Shown here: piece by piece, positions 33,912 to 47,899 of the stretch | Position numbering within the stretch: position 1 is the first letter of the stretch | Layout: each line of letters begins with the position of its first letter | Source of the DNA: Macrostomum lignano | Lineage: Eukaryota | Direction: 5' to 3' | Assembly: GCA_002269645.1 (NCBI GenBank) | Contig: NIVC01001731.1 | Coordinates: 124,001 to 188,000 of the forward strand | Length of the DNA stretch: 64,000 bases | Made by a program: the position numbers and the translations under genes | The notes under the pieces: generated by a model | Databases searched by the model: none | Seen by the model: only the letters and a program-made list of their open reading frames with translations | What the model was told of the DNA's origin: nothing

Positions 33912-35686
33912 ACTTTCTCCGCTCGGCCAGCTCAATGGCCTCTTTTTTCTTCACGGCTCCTGCTGCCTCTGCTGCAGGTCGGCCTCCTGGCTCTCCCGGT
34001 CCAGCTGGCCAGCCCTCCTGCGAGTGGTGAGGTGCAAAAACGGCTCAAACGGCGGATAGTGGCGCCGATTCAAACTGTAACTGGCGCTGTTGTGCCGGCG
34101 GCAGAGTTGGCGAATCATTGCGAACTTTCTTTTCCTAGTTGCTAAGGCGCCTGACACCGACTACTGGGGAGGATTTGAATTATATATGCGCACAGCCAGC
34201 CTCAACTCTGACACTGACCTGTCGGACTGAGAGCCGCATGCGCAGAATGATTATACAAGCTGGTCTAAAGCTTTGCCTTAGCTTTCTTTTCTCTTGGCTC
34301 TCGCCGCGAACAAAATTATGCAAGTGAAGGTGTGCGAGAGAGAAATGGAAGGTTAGAGACAGTAGGAACACGAAATAAGGTCAGAAAAAAGCTAATATGC
34401 TCGAAAAAAGTTGCCATGCCGTGCGCATGTGATAAAAGTTTAAAGCGCTTGGCTCGATGGAACATCGAAATACTCGAGACAGAAAAATGAGATAGAGTGG
34501 GAGATAGAACAACGGATAGAACAAAAGATAGAACACAGGATAGAACGAAGAATAGAACGGATTTACCGAAGGATTAAACTATCCGAACTACCGAAGGATA
34601 GAACAAAGAATAAGACAAAGAGTAAAACGAAGGATAGAGAAAAGAAGAAAAGAAAAGGAGAGAAGAAGTAGAATAAAGGATATAACAAAGAATAGAAAAA
34701 AAATAGAACGCAGTATAAACAAGAGATATAACATTGGGTAGAACAACGAATAAAACGAAGGTAGAAAATGATAGAACAAGTAGAACAAAGGATATAACAG
34801 AGGATAAAAACGAAGGATAGAGAGAAGGATAGAAGGAAAGGATAGAACAAAGGATAAAACGAAAGGATAGAACGAAGGGTAGAGGAAGGATAGAACAAAG
34901 GATAGAACGAAAGGATAGAACAAAGGATAGAGAGAAGGATAGAACAAAGGATAAAACGAAAGGATAGAACGAAGGATAGAGAGAAGGATAGAACAAAATG
35001 ATAGAACAACAGATAGAAAGAAGGATAGAACTAAGGATAGAGAACGATAGAACAAGTAGAACGAAGGATAGAGAGAAGGATATAAAAAAGGAAATATATA
35101 AATGTAATGAATGATAGAACAAAGGACAGCACAATACCAAACTGAGAAGTAGAACAAGAGACAGAATCAAAAGCATAAACTACAAGCAGGATAAAGTAGA
35201 GCAGGAGCCAGCAGCAAAACAGAACTGACCCTGTGCGCCTTCTCAGCCTCAATCTTAGCCTCCTTCGATCCTTTCTCTCGTTTCAGCCGCTCCTCCATCT
35301 CGCGTTTCAGCTTCTCAGCCTCCACCCGTTTCCCGTGACGCAGTCGCAGATTGGCGTAATTCTTCTGCGCAATAAACCGGCGGATGTTGGACTGCAGTTT
35401 GATCACGGAGGCCAGCCGGCCGTGGCAGCGACGCCTCGCCAGGTAGCCGCGAGCGTAGCGCTGCAGGTTCACCACCAGGACTCGAGAGCGCTGGAATGCG
35501 GCGTTCAACTGGCGGGCTCGGAGCACCGCCTGCATGCGCAGGAAGCCGGTCCGCTGCCTGCGGGAGGCGAGACGATAGGTCGGAGTGTACTTTCACAGCT
35601 GAGCTAGTTTCGAATGGCTCGCACAAACATTATTCTACTGCCGTTATCTGATCTGTTTATCACCATCAACTCTCTACTCTTGAGCC

Positions 35687-35740
<54 letters not shown>

Positions 35741-38700
35741 CCTTCTAACTCCAGTCAACACTTTCTCTACCCTCACTCCACCACTCCATCTTACCCTAAC
35801 CTACTCTTATCTACTTATTCATCTATCTACCATTCTACCTTCATTTATCTAACCTCATCTATTTACCCTCATCTATCTACACTTATCTACCCTCATCTAC
35901 CCTCATCGATCTACTCATCTACTCTCACCTATGTACCCTTATCTATCCTCATCTACCTTCATCTATCTACCATTATCTACCTTCCTCATCCACCCTCATC
36001 TCCCTTCATCTATCTACCCTCATCTATATAAGACTCATGTAACGCATAAACAAAAAGCAGAAATGCAGCGCCAGCCTCACCGCAGGTAGCGCCTCCGAGC
36101 CAGGAACATGCGCACCCAGGCCTGGATTCGGCAGGAGGCCCGTCGCATCGCCAGGTAGCGCTTGCGATAGAAATAGCCGCGCCAGCGCTTCTGAATCACT
36201 ATGATCTTCTTCGTGAGCTGCCGGTCGCGCTCCTGTCGGTCGCAGAATGGTGATTCACATGGCGTGATGGATTGTGGAATTCCTAATATTCACACATCAC
36301 ATATTCACATACTCACACAGCGTCGCACTCACAAAAATGATTCATTGATAAATACTTTCTGTGATTTCACACCCCTTTGGGTTCACAGATTAACACAACT
36401 ATAACTATGGCTTCACAGATTCACAAAAATATGGGTTCACAGATTCACATAACTATGGGTTTACAGATTCACACAACTATGGGTTCACAGATTTACACAA
36501 CTGTGGTTTCACAGATTCACACAACTATAACTATGGCTTCACAGATTCACAAAAATATGGGTTCACAGATTCACATAACTATGGGTTCACAGATTCACAT
36601 AACTATGGGTTTACAGATTCACACAACTATGGGTTCACAGATTTACACAACTGTGGTTTCACAGATTCACAAAACTATAACTATGGCTTCACAGATTCAC
36701 AAAAATATGGGTTCACAGATTCACAAAAATATGGGTTCACAGATTCACACAACTATGGGTTCACAGATTCACACAACTGTGGGTTCACAGATTCACACAA
36801 CTGTGGGTTCACAGATTCACACAACTATAACTATGGCTTCACAGATTCACAAAAATATGGGTTCACAGATTCACAAAAATATGGGTTCACAGATTCACAT
36901 AACTATGGGTTCACAGATTCACACAACTATGGGTTCACAGATTCACACAACTGTGGGTTCACAGATTCACACAACTATAACTATGGCTTCACAGATTCAC
37001 AAAAATATGGGTTCACAGATTCACAAAAATATGGGTTCACAGATTCACATAACTATGGGTTTACAGATTCACACAACTATGGGTTCACAGATTCACACAA
37101 CTGTGGGCTCACAGATTCACACAACTATAACTATGGCTTCACAGATTCACACAACTATGGGTTCACAGATTCACACAACTGTGGGTTCACAGATTCACAC
37201 AACTATAACTATGGCTTCACAGATTCACAAAAATATGGGTTCACAGATTCACAAAAATATGGGTTCACAGATTCACATAACTATGGGTTTACAGATTCAC
37301 ACAACTATGGGTTCACAGATTCACACAACTGTGGGTTCACAGATTCACACAACTATAACTATGGCTTCACAGATTCACAAAAATATGGGTTCACAGATTC
37401 ACAAAAATATGGGTTCACAGATTCACATAACTATGGGTTTACAGATTCACACAACTATGGGTTCACAGATTCACACAACTGTGGGTTCACAGATTCACAC
37501 AACTATAACTATGGCTTCACAGATTCACACAACTATGGGTTCACAGATTCACACAACTATGGATTCACAGATTAACACAACTATGGGTCCACAGATTCAC
37601 AAAAATATGGGCTCACAGATTCACATAACTATGGGTTTACAGATTCACACAACTATGGGTTCACAGATTCACACAACTGTGGGTTCACAGATTCACACAA
37701 CTATAACTATGGCTTCACAGATTCACACAACTATGGGTTCACAGATTCACACAACTGTTGGGTTCACAGATTCACAAAACTATAACTATGGCTTCACAGA
37801 TTCACAAATATATGGGTACACAAATTCACAGAAATCAAGGTTCACAGATTTACAAAATATGGGTTCACAAATTCAGAATTCAAGGTTCACAAATTCACAG
37901 AAATCAAGGTTCACTGATAATTTATTCACAAACCTAACAACAACCCTCACCTGCTCCAAGAAGACATCGTGAGCGTCCTTGAGAAACACCTTAGTCTTGC
38001 CCAGCTGCACATCCTGGCCGGACAGCACCTGCTTGCAGATAGTGGCGCAGGCCTCCCGAAGATTCCTGCACACTTTAGAAGTTGGAATCCCGTCCACTAG
38101 GACCCGGTACCGATCCACAAAGTCGGCAAACTGATGCCGGATGGGATAGCCAGCCCGGCGGATTCTGATGGTCTCCATCATGCCTGAGTACCTGAGCTGG
38201 CGGACGCACAGCTCCCGGTCAAAGGTCAGTGGCTTCTTCAACTCGTTCGGCTTGATGCAGCGAACAAAGAATGGCTGACACTGGGTGAGAGTCTTCATCA
38301 GGGCTTCCAGAGATTTCTTGAATTGCAAACTCAAAGTCGGAGCTCGCTTCCTGGTCTCCACACCCTGCGGGAATGGCATTGTTCTCAGTAAGATCTTTGT
38401 TAATAAAAGTACATCAATGACAGACAAAAGTACATCTTTGTATTGCTGTCTTAAATTTTATTAAAGCAGGACAGGACAGAGACAGAAAGAGAGAGGAGGG
38501 ATTTAGTGCAGAAACTTTCAGTATTTGCATTGCACACTACTACTGAGCTGAGCAATCAGTAGTATATTTAGTGCATCCGTTTATATATATACGCACATGT
38601 ATTTTTAGTAACTCAAAACAAGAAATTTGACAACAAAAGCTGCATAAAAATGTTCCGTTAAAGACAAACGCGACACCCACTCTTTGTTGGCCATCCTGGA

Positions 38701-41700
38701 ATTACACGAATATTTCAGCAAATCTTTAATCAATTATTATCGAAGCATTTCAAATATGCTAAGCTTACTACTACTTACATTGTATTTGTAAGTAGCAATC
38801 CATGTTTACATTTACACCTTTAATATTCGAGAATCGTTTAGTTTCAAAAATTAAATGCAGTAAAAATAATTAGAAATACTTACAAACTAGTTTGAGATAC
38901 TTCACCAACACCACTGGCTACTGAGAGTAATAAGCAGAGGGTTATGATTGACTACAAGGTTAGTGACTTGAAAAAATATTTAATTAAAAGACCAATAAAG
39001 GAAATAAGTGTAAAAAAACAAAAGGTAACTCTAATTCGTAACCCTTTTTACCCGATATTCCATGAACCCGATATTCCACGAACCCAATACTTCATGAACC
39101 CGATAGTCCATGAACCCGATATTCCACGAACCCGATACTTCATGAACCCGATAGTCCATGAACCCGATACTTGATGAACTCGATACTTGATGAACCCGAT
39201 AGTCCATGAACCCGATAGTCCATGAACCCGATAGTCCATGAACCCGATATTCCATGAACCTGATACTTGATGAACCCGATAGTCCATGAACCCGATATTC
39301 CACGAAACCGATACTTCATGAACCCGATAGTCCATGAACCCGATAGTCCATGAACCCGATAGTCCATGAACCCGATATTCCACGAACCCGATACTTCATG
39401 AACCCGATACTTGATAAACCCGATAGTCCATGAACCCGATATTCCACGAACCCGATACTTCATGAACCCGATATTCCACGAACCTGATACTTGATGAACC
39501 CGATAGTCCATGAACCCGATATTCCACGAACCCGATACTTGATGAACTCGATACTTGATGAACCCGATACTTGATGAACCCGATACTTCATGAACCCCAT
39601 ACTTCATGAGCTCGATATTCCATGAACCCGATATTCCACGAACCCGATACTTCATGAACTCGATACTTGATGAACCCGATACTTCATGAACCCCATATTT
39701 AATGAACTCGATACTTCATAAAACCGATACTTCATGAACCTGATATTTAATGAACCCGAGCTTCCATAAACCCGATATTTAATGAACCTGATACTCCATG
39801 AACCCGATATTTAATGAACCTGATACTCCATGAACCCGATATTTAATGAACCCGAACTTCCATGAACCAGGACAAACGGCAGTTTTCAACACTCACCATA
39901 GCAAAGTCCCTGGCAAACAGACTCTTCAGGAACTTATTGCTGCTCTCCTGAATCAGCTTGACCAGATCAGCGCTGAAGGTGTCCCTGTTCTTGTCCAAGA
40001 ATCCCTGGGCACTGTAGTACACGTCTCCCGCGAAATGCCGCAACCCGAAAGCTTTGGTAACGGCGGCTCTCGGCTGCAGGTAGAGCGAATTAGACGAGTG
40101 ATTCTGGTGCAGCTTGTGCAGCATCGTGTCGTCTGTGCCCTTGGGGAACTTGGCCTCCTCATCAACCAGCGACAGGATATTCATAGGCTTAACAGCGATC
40201 AAATCCAGCGTGTCCTGGTTATCAATGAACTCGATGTGTTTCCAAGAAATGCCCTCCGAGTTGTACTCCTCCTGCTCCAGTTTGAAGATGTGCCTAACAA
40301 AGAACTGCTGCAAATTCTCGTTGGCAAAGTTGATGCACAACTGTTCAAAGCTGTTAACGCCGAAATTTTCGAAGCCGAAAATGTCCAGCACGCCAATAGA
40401 GTTCTGATAGTACTTCTCGGCGGACCGGCCCTTGTAGATCGCCGCGTTGATTTTGATAACAATCCACACAAACAGTCTGCCATAGATACCCTTGACCAGG
40501 GCGTCCTTGACATCCGTGGCGTAGTCTACAGACATCGGCGAGGTGACTGTGTCGCCTCTAGTGAAGATGGTCTTGGTGGTCAGGGCGTCGCGAAGGTTGA
40601 CGGGGTTGCAGCCCAGGAGCCGGGCCGCTCTGGCCAGCTCCCTGTCGCCGACCACCTCGCTGGCATCGATGTTGTCCACCACGGTCGATGCGTAGCGAAC
40701 GTTGCCTAGGTGCAGAATTGCGGCTAACAAGCCGTGGATGTCCAAGGAGTCCCCGTCGCTGAAGTTTAACACCTGGATTGGAAGGATAGGTAGATTGTGG
40801 AAAATAGCACATAATGAACCCCTAGACAATCCCAACCCCAATCCCACAGAATCCCACACGCAATCCTACAGAATCCCAACCCCAATCCTACAGAATCCCA
40901 CACCCAATCCCAGAATCCCACACCCAATCCCACAGAATCCAATACCCAATCTCACACCCAATCCCACAGAATCCCACACCCAATTCCCTAGAATCCCACA
41001 CCAATCCCAACAGAATCCAATACCCAATTTCACACCCAATCCCACAGAATCCCACACCCAATCCCAGAATCCCACACCCAATCCCACAGAATCCCACACC
41101 CAATCCCACAGAATCCAATACCCAAATCCCACACCCAATCCCACAGAATCCCACACCCAATCCCACAGAATCCAATACCCAAATCCCACATCCAATCCTA
41201 CAGAATCCCACACCCAATCCCACAGAATCCCACACCAATCCCACAGAATCCAATACCCAATCCTACAGAATCCCACACCCAGTCCCACAGAATCCCACAC
41301 TCAATCTCACAGAATCCCACACCCAATCCTACAGAATCCCACACCCAATTCCCTAGAATCCCACACTCAATCTCACAGAATCCCACAGAATCCCACACCC
41401 AATCCCACAGAATCCCACACCCAATCCCACAGAATCCCACACCCAATTCCCTAGAATCCCACACCAATCCCAACAGAATCCAATACCCAATTTCACACCC
41501 AATCCCACAGAATCCCACACCCAATCCCAGAATCCCACACCCAATCCCACAGAATCCCACACCCAATCCCACAGAATCCCACACTCAATCTCACAGAATC
41601 CCACAGAATCCCACACCCAATCCCACAGAATCTTATACAAAATCCCACAGAATCTCACAGAATCGCCAACCCCAAGCCCCAGCCTTGCGCACCTTCATGG

Positions 41701-44700
41701 CGCTCTTGATGCCAGCGTACTCCATAGCATCGTCGCGGCCGTCAACACAGACATCACCACCCTGCACCAGGTAGTGGTACTCGCTGGCCTGGCCCAGCTC
41801 CAGCGCTGACCGCTCCTGAGGTGTCATGCCGGCCAGCATGCAGTAGAAGATATGATAGTTCCTCTCGCCCTGGGCCTGAGTAACTATGCGCGACTTCTCC
41901 AGCAGGTACTGCTCAATCTTGGCGCCCTCTATGCACCACTTGGCGTTGAAGTGGATGTCGATGTACTTGCCGAAACGAGACGAGTTGTCGTTTCGGATCG
42001 TCTTGGCGTTGCCGAAGGCTGAGAAGATTGGAATCAATGTTGAGAATTAAGGATCTCAGAATCTCACTCACAATATAGGAAATTAGATCTCAGAATCTCA
42101 CTCACAATATGCGAGATCTCAGAATCTCACTCACAATATGCGAGATTAGATCTTAGAATCTCACTCACAATATGCGAGATTAGATCTTAGAATCTCACTC
42201 ATAATATGCGAGATTAGACCTTAGAATCTCACTCACAATATGCGAGATTAGATCTTAGAATCTCACTCACAATATGCGAGATTAGATCTTAGAATCTCAC
42301 TCACAATATGCGAGATTAAATCTCAGAATCTCACTCACTCACAATATGCGAGATTAGATCTTAGAATCTCACTCACTCACAATATGCGAGATTAGATCTC
42401 AGAATCTCACTCACTCACAATATGGAAGATTAGATCTCAGAATCTCACTCGCTCACAATATGCGAGATCTCAAAATCTCACTGAAATCAAGACAAATGGC
42501 AAAGAATCCTCACCTTCCATAATAGGATTGGAGTCTAAAATCTGCTGCTCAATCCAGGAGTGCTGACCAGACACGGCCGCTAGGAACTGCAGGATCAATT
42601 TGGTGCTCTCGGTTTTGCCGGCGCCGCTCTCGCCGCTGATGATGATGCACTGGTCCCGCTGGTACCGCCGCATATTGTTGTAGGCGTTGTCGCCGATCGC
42701 GAAAATGTGCGGCGGCAACTCGCCAATTTTCTTGTCGCGATAGGCCTGGGGGGGGGGGTTCGGAGGTTTACAGGGAGCGATTTCAATGGGGTGTCAGTGG
42801 CCTGGTCAGGAGGCTGATTCTAACGATGTGTCAGGAAAGAGTTTTTTAGAATTCATTAAGAAAGCGTCAGAAGGCGATTTCTAAGAAGTGTGTCAGGAAG
42901 CGATTTCTAAGAAGTGTGTCAGGAAGCGATTTCTAAGAAGTGTGTCAGGAAGCGATTTCTAAGAAGTGTGTCAGGAAGCGACTTCTAAGAACTTCAGAGG
43001 GTTCTTAGAAAATGTCTGGAAGCGATTATTTCTAAGAAAGTAAGAAGACGATTTTTAGAAAACGTCTGGAAGCGATAATTTTTAAGAAAGTAAGAAGACG
43101 ATTCTTAGAAAGTGTCAGGAAGCGATTTGTTAGATATTGTCAGAAAGTAATTTCCAAGTATCAAAAGACAATTTCTTAGAAAGTGTCAGGGAGCGATTGC
43201 TAAGAAGTATCAGAGGTATTTCTTGGAAAGTTTCTGGAGCCGACTTTAAAGTGTCAAACGATTTCGAAGAAATGTGTCAGAAGACGATTTCTCAGAAACT
43301 ATTAACACATGCCGTTTCTAAGAAACGAGAAAGATGCAATTTTTAAAACTATCGGGATGCAATTTCTAGGAAACTGATAACAGTTTCAAAGAAACTGTCG
43401 ACACGCAATTTCTAAGAAACAGACAATACGCTATTTTATTTGAAAATCTTTAAGGCTGTCAGAAGACATATCAGTACCTGTCAATCAGTCAAATGCTCAC
43501 CTTAATCTGCTCAGCCGTGTAAATTGGCAAGACCTGATACGGATTAACTGCCACCAGAATGGAACCCGTATAGGTGTAGATCAGTTTCTGATTGTATCTA
43601 ATTAGCAGGTTGCGAAGAATGCCGCCCTCGTTGAGATCTGTCAAACTGATCATGTCCTCGACTCCGTTGACTACAGAGGCGTGCATGTGCCTGATCTTCA
43701 TGCCGGGCCGCAGCCAGAATTCCTGTGGTGGAATCGGGGTAGCAGTGGCAGTCTACAGCCTACCGTAATGTACTTTTACAATAATGATGTAATGTAGGGC
43801 GCTAATTAGCTAAAATATAGATGTAGATATATGCCTAAACACATCCACAGAACACTACCAATCTACCCTAGACACTAAAAATCTACCCGAAACACTACCA
43901 ACCTACCCTAAAACTACCAACCTACCCCAAACACTACTATTCTACCCCAAACACTACCAATCAACCCCAAACACTACCAACCTACCCGTAAACACTACCA
44001 ATCTACTCTAAACACCAGCAACCTACCATAAACACTACCAATCTAACCCAAACAGTACCAACCTACCCCAAACACTACCAATCTACCCTAAACACTACCA
44101 ACCTACCCCAAACACTACCAATCTACCCTAAACACTACCAACCTACCCCAAACACTACCAATCTGCCCCAAACACTACCAATCTACCCCAAACACTACCA
44201 ACCTACCCCAAATCCTACCAATCTACCCCAAACCCTACCAATCTACCCCAAACCCTACCAATCTACCCTAAACACTACCAATCTGCCCCAAACACTACCA
44301 ATCTACCCCAAACACTACCAACCTACCCCAAACACTACTATTCTACCCCAAAACATGACCTATCTACCCCAAACACTATCAATCTACATCAAATTGCTGC
44401 TAAACCTCTTAAACCGATACTCACCTTGCCATCATCGTCAATGACCTGAATCTGGCCAGACGCTGAGTACTTCACTCTGGCGCCAATCGGTACATCGAAA
44501 GGACCCGGCTTGTCCGGCTCAATCCAAATGTGATCGCCCTGTGAAAATTGTTTTGATTAATTCAAATGGATTTTAGAGGTCTGAAGTTCTAGAACAGCTA
44601 TTTAAAGCAGAACATGCAGATTTTCAAACACTAAATAGACCACAGAATATATTCTGTGAAATAGACTTTAAAATGGAAATAAATGAAGGGGTTTGGTTTT

Positions 44701-47277
44701 TATACTACTTTCTTTCAAGGGCGTATCGTAGCAAATAACCGTCGGATTTTGCAATAAGACGTCAAAAAGTCGGTTTTGGCCATAGACTAAAACTCCATCA
44801 CAGAAGCTTTACATCCAGTGTTTTGGTGGTACAGCGTTTTGCCATGCTAAGCTGAAATCCTATAAAGTAAAATGAGGTTCTACCATAGACTTAAAGACTA
44901 CAGACACAGTAAACTTCCCTAGCTCTTAAAAACCAAATCTAATATAGATAAAAATGATGTTTTAATGTTAAAATTGTTTAAAACCTATATTTCCTATAGA
45001 CTTACAACTTTGGATATCAGTTTTCTAACTTTTAAGATCAGAGTTTATTAGTAAGTTTTTTTTCGAAAAATGGTTGACGAAGCAAAAAAACAACAGAAAA
45101 CTCATACTAACAAGAATATTATCATACCGGCCTTCAAAAAATTCTTAGAAACCAGCCATCTACGGAGAAGTCACAGTTTTTAACTAACCTGGCGAATAAT
45201 TACAGTTTTAGCAGACAGAGGCAACCGATGATGCCCCAGCGTGGATGCTGAGCTTGAAGAAGCTCGAGAGGACGTCCGCTTCACCAGCTGCAGCATCTGT
45301 GAGCAAACCAGGAAGCTTGGGGAGGGGCCGCAGATTCTGTCCAAGAGTTCTAATCTTTCAAACCGGTGCGATAGAGCTGCCCAAGGCTGCACCAACTTAT
45401 ATATTCAGGATTGCGACCTTGCAGCCTTGAATCTCCGCTGTCTAAACCAGGCACCGCTTCTACCGAGAGCCTATAAAAAAGATCTTCAATTATTTAGGCT
45501 GACTAGGGGCTAATTAATTATTTATTTATGCGGCGACGGCAGAGACTGGCTGAGGAACAGAGGTAATTGAGTTTTGGCCACCTGTCTATCTCTGCCTGTT
45601 TCTATTTCTATTGTATTCTGAAACTCTCAAGCAGACACTGAAACCCTGACAAGGACTGGTTCCAGCGATTCCGACAGAGTCATTTTATCATTTTAGTCTT
45701 AAAGAGATTAAAAAAATAGCTAAACAAATTTTGGCATCACGTGACACTAGATTAAACACTACAGTTTCTTCAACTCGACCTTTTAAGCTTTACTACTGTA
45801 AGTTGTATCACTAGCTTGTGCGACTAAAATATCCTATGTAAACTCATTGCAATGAGCTGGTTGAATGATCAACTTCAGATCCAAGGTATATGACCAACTT
45901 TTGATGAATGACAATGGATAGACTGACAGGCTGATGACCAACACAAATGACCAGTTGATGACCAACACAAATGACCAGTTGATGACCAACTAAATGTGAC
46001 CGGTGGGTGACCAACTAAATTTGACCGGCTGATGACCAAATAATATGACAGATTTATGAGCAATTCTAAATGACTAGCAATGGATCGCAATATAAAATCA
46101 GACAGTGTGGTCAGCATAAAAAAACGCTAAGAGCATTAAAACTTCGAGTGCTACAGAAATATCGATAGAGCAACTCAATTTAATGGTACGCTCGCTACAA
46201 GACATTCGATATTAACTATATGGCCCACTGTATATTAGAACTAGCAGTTGAAAAAAACTATAAGGGCTGACAAAAGCTTTTAAGCATTTAATGCTTGGGT
46301 TAGGGTAGGCAAAACAAAAGTACAAGCTAGGGGGGGGGGCAGCCCAGCGGTAAACTTGTCCGACTCTCCCGCCAGTGACCCCTGGTTCGATTCCGGAGCG
46401 GCCACGTTTATTTGGGGCTTGTGGGCATGAAAACTGGCTAACCACCAAAGCACAGAGAGTAAACAAGCCGCTGAACATGTGTGAGCGATGCCTGCATGTG
46501 TATTCGTGCGCGTGGGGCTGCTCAGGTGGGCTCAGGCGGAATGAGCATGACTACTTGCCTCCTAGCTAGCTAACGAACGAACAAACAAACAAACTGACTA
46601 ACTACCTGACTAACTGACTAACTAACATACTAACTATTTAACTAGCTAACTAATTAACTAACAAACATACTAACTAATTAACTAGCTAACTAACTAACTG
46701 ACTAACTAACTAGCTAACTAACTAACTAACTAACTAACTAACTGACTAACTAACTAGCTAACTAACTAACTAACTAACTAACATACTAACTAACTAACTG
46801 ACTGACTAACTAACTAACTAACTAACTAACTGACTGACTAACTAACTAACTAACTAACTAACTGACTAACTAACTAGCTAACTAACTAACTAACATACTA
46901 ACTAACTAACTAACAAACATACTAACTATTTAACTAGCTAACTAATTAACTAACAAACATACTAACTAATTAACTAGCTAACTAACTAACTGACTAACTA
47001 ACTAGCTAACTAACTAACTAACTAACTAACTAACTGACTAACTAACTAGCTAACTAACTAACTAACTAACTAACTGACTGACTAACTAACTAACTAACTA
47101 ACTAACTGACTGACTAACTAACTAACTAACTAACTGACTAACTAACTAGCTAACTAACTAACTAACATACTAACTAACTAACTAACAAACATACTAACTA
47201 TTTAACTAGCTAACTAATTAACTAACAAACATACTAACTAATTAACTAGCTAACTAACTAACTGACTAACTAACTAG

Positions 47278-47311
<34 letters not shown>

Positions 47312-47325
47312 GACTAACTAACTAG

Positions 47326-47358
<33 letters not shown>

Positions 47359-47899
47359 ATACTAACTAACTAACTGACTGACTAACTAACTAACTAACTA
47401 ACTAACTGACTAACTAACTAACTAACTAACTAACTGACTAACTAACTAGCTAACTAACTAACTAACATACTAACTAACTAACTGACTGACTAACTAGCTA
47501 ACTAACTAACTAACTAACTAACTAACTGACTAACTAACTAACTAACTAGCTAACGAACTAACTTATTAACTTACAGACTAACTAGCAAGTTAATTGATTA
47601 AGCAGCGAAACAAAAACCCGATATAACATTTATCCATTCCCTACAGGAAAACTGTCATATTTCCAGGCATTTAAGCATGCTCTTGATTTTTAGAAAACAA
47701 CAATTAAACACACGATAGCAAATAAATGGAAAAAGTGACTTATAAAATCATAAACGGGAAACCAACTGCTAAAGCTACAAAAGCACTGCCTACACAGATT
47801 CAAAAGTGCATTCAGCCGCGATAATAACGGTGTTAATTAAACTTTTGAAATAAAAACGAAACACACATAGGTAATTCTTACCTCGTGAAGCACAACCAT
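33912..47899 (-). CDS. MYO7A: Unconventional myosin VIIa: motor, IQ motifs and start of coiled coil; truncated by the gap
   Basis: Phase-consistent exons 47899-47882 (MVVLHE), 44538-44425, 43722-43501, 42745-42514, 42018-41693, 40772-39897, 38364-37951, 36232-36081, 35557-35230, 34017-33912. GDHIW..FDVPIGA N-terminus, GESGAGKT P-loop, [14 protein letters not shown] (class VII signature), [23 protein letters not shown] and tandem IQ motifs. Confidence 0.96.
34490..35140 (+). repeat. AAGGATAGAACAA-type purine-rich degenerate repeat in MYO7A intron
   Basis: Visible recurring units. Confidence 0.85.
36380..37920 (+). repeat. 24-bp minisatellite (GGGTTCACAGATTCACACAACTAT)n with higher-order variant blocks, MYO7A intron
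   Basis: About 60 units; explains the 531-aa [11 protein letters not shown]. Confidence 0.96.
39060..39860 (+). repeat. 16-bp minisatellite (CATGAACCCGATAGTC)-type, MYO7A intron
   Basis: Visible units. Confidence 0.92.
40820..41660 (+). repeat. About 22-bp minisatellite (AATCCCACAGAATCCCACACCC)n, MYO7A intron
   Basis: Visible units; G-run rich on the transcribed (minus) strand. Confidence 0.93.
42050..42480 (+). repeat. 34-bp minisatellite (GAGATTAGATCTTAGAATCTCACTCACAATATGC)n, MYO7A intron
   Basis: Visible units. Confidence 0.92.
42860..42990 (+). repeat. 26-bp minisatellite (AGGAAGCGATTTCTAAGAAGTGTGTC)n with degenerate continuation
   Basis: Four to five clear units, decaying towards 43400. 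Confidence 0.8.
43850..44390 (+). repeat. 20-bp minisatellite (CCAATCTACCCCAAACACTA)n, MYO7A intron
   Basis: Visible units. Confidence 0.92.
46335..46600 (+). mobile_element. tRNA-derived SINE
   Basis: Head with A-box-like GGCAGCCCAGCGGTAAA and B box GGTTCGATTCC (46384-46394), no acceptor-stem pairing, about 180-bp body, ending in a simple-repeat tail that runs into (ACTA)n. Confidence 0.6.
46590..47575 (+). repeat. About 1-kb (ACTA)n microsatellite
   Basis: Tetranucleotide array with actg/agct/acat variants in recurring blocks. Confidence 0.96.

Noticed and set aside
36377-37972. 531-aa ORF of MGSQIHTT repeats
   Set aside because: Translation of a 24-bp intronic minisatellite antisense to MYO7A; stop-free by unit composition.
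39846-40709. 287-aa plus-strand ORF and similar antisense ORFs over GC-rich exons
   Set aside because: Shadow ORFs of the MYO7A, HGSNAT, GPCR and transposase coding strands.
45180-45513. Moderately GC-rich segment with ORFs on both strands inside a MYO7A intron, bounded by splice-like signals on the minus strand
   Set aside because: No recognisable domain and stops in all minus-strand frames; at most a non-coding or decayed exon.
46335-46406. Possible tRNA gene
   Set aside because: A and B boxes are present but there is no acceptor-stem pairing or poly-T terminator; treated as a SINE head.
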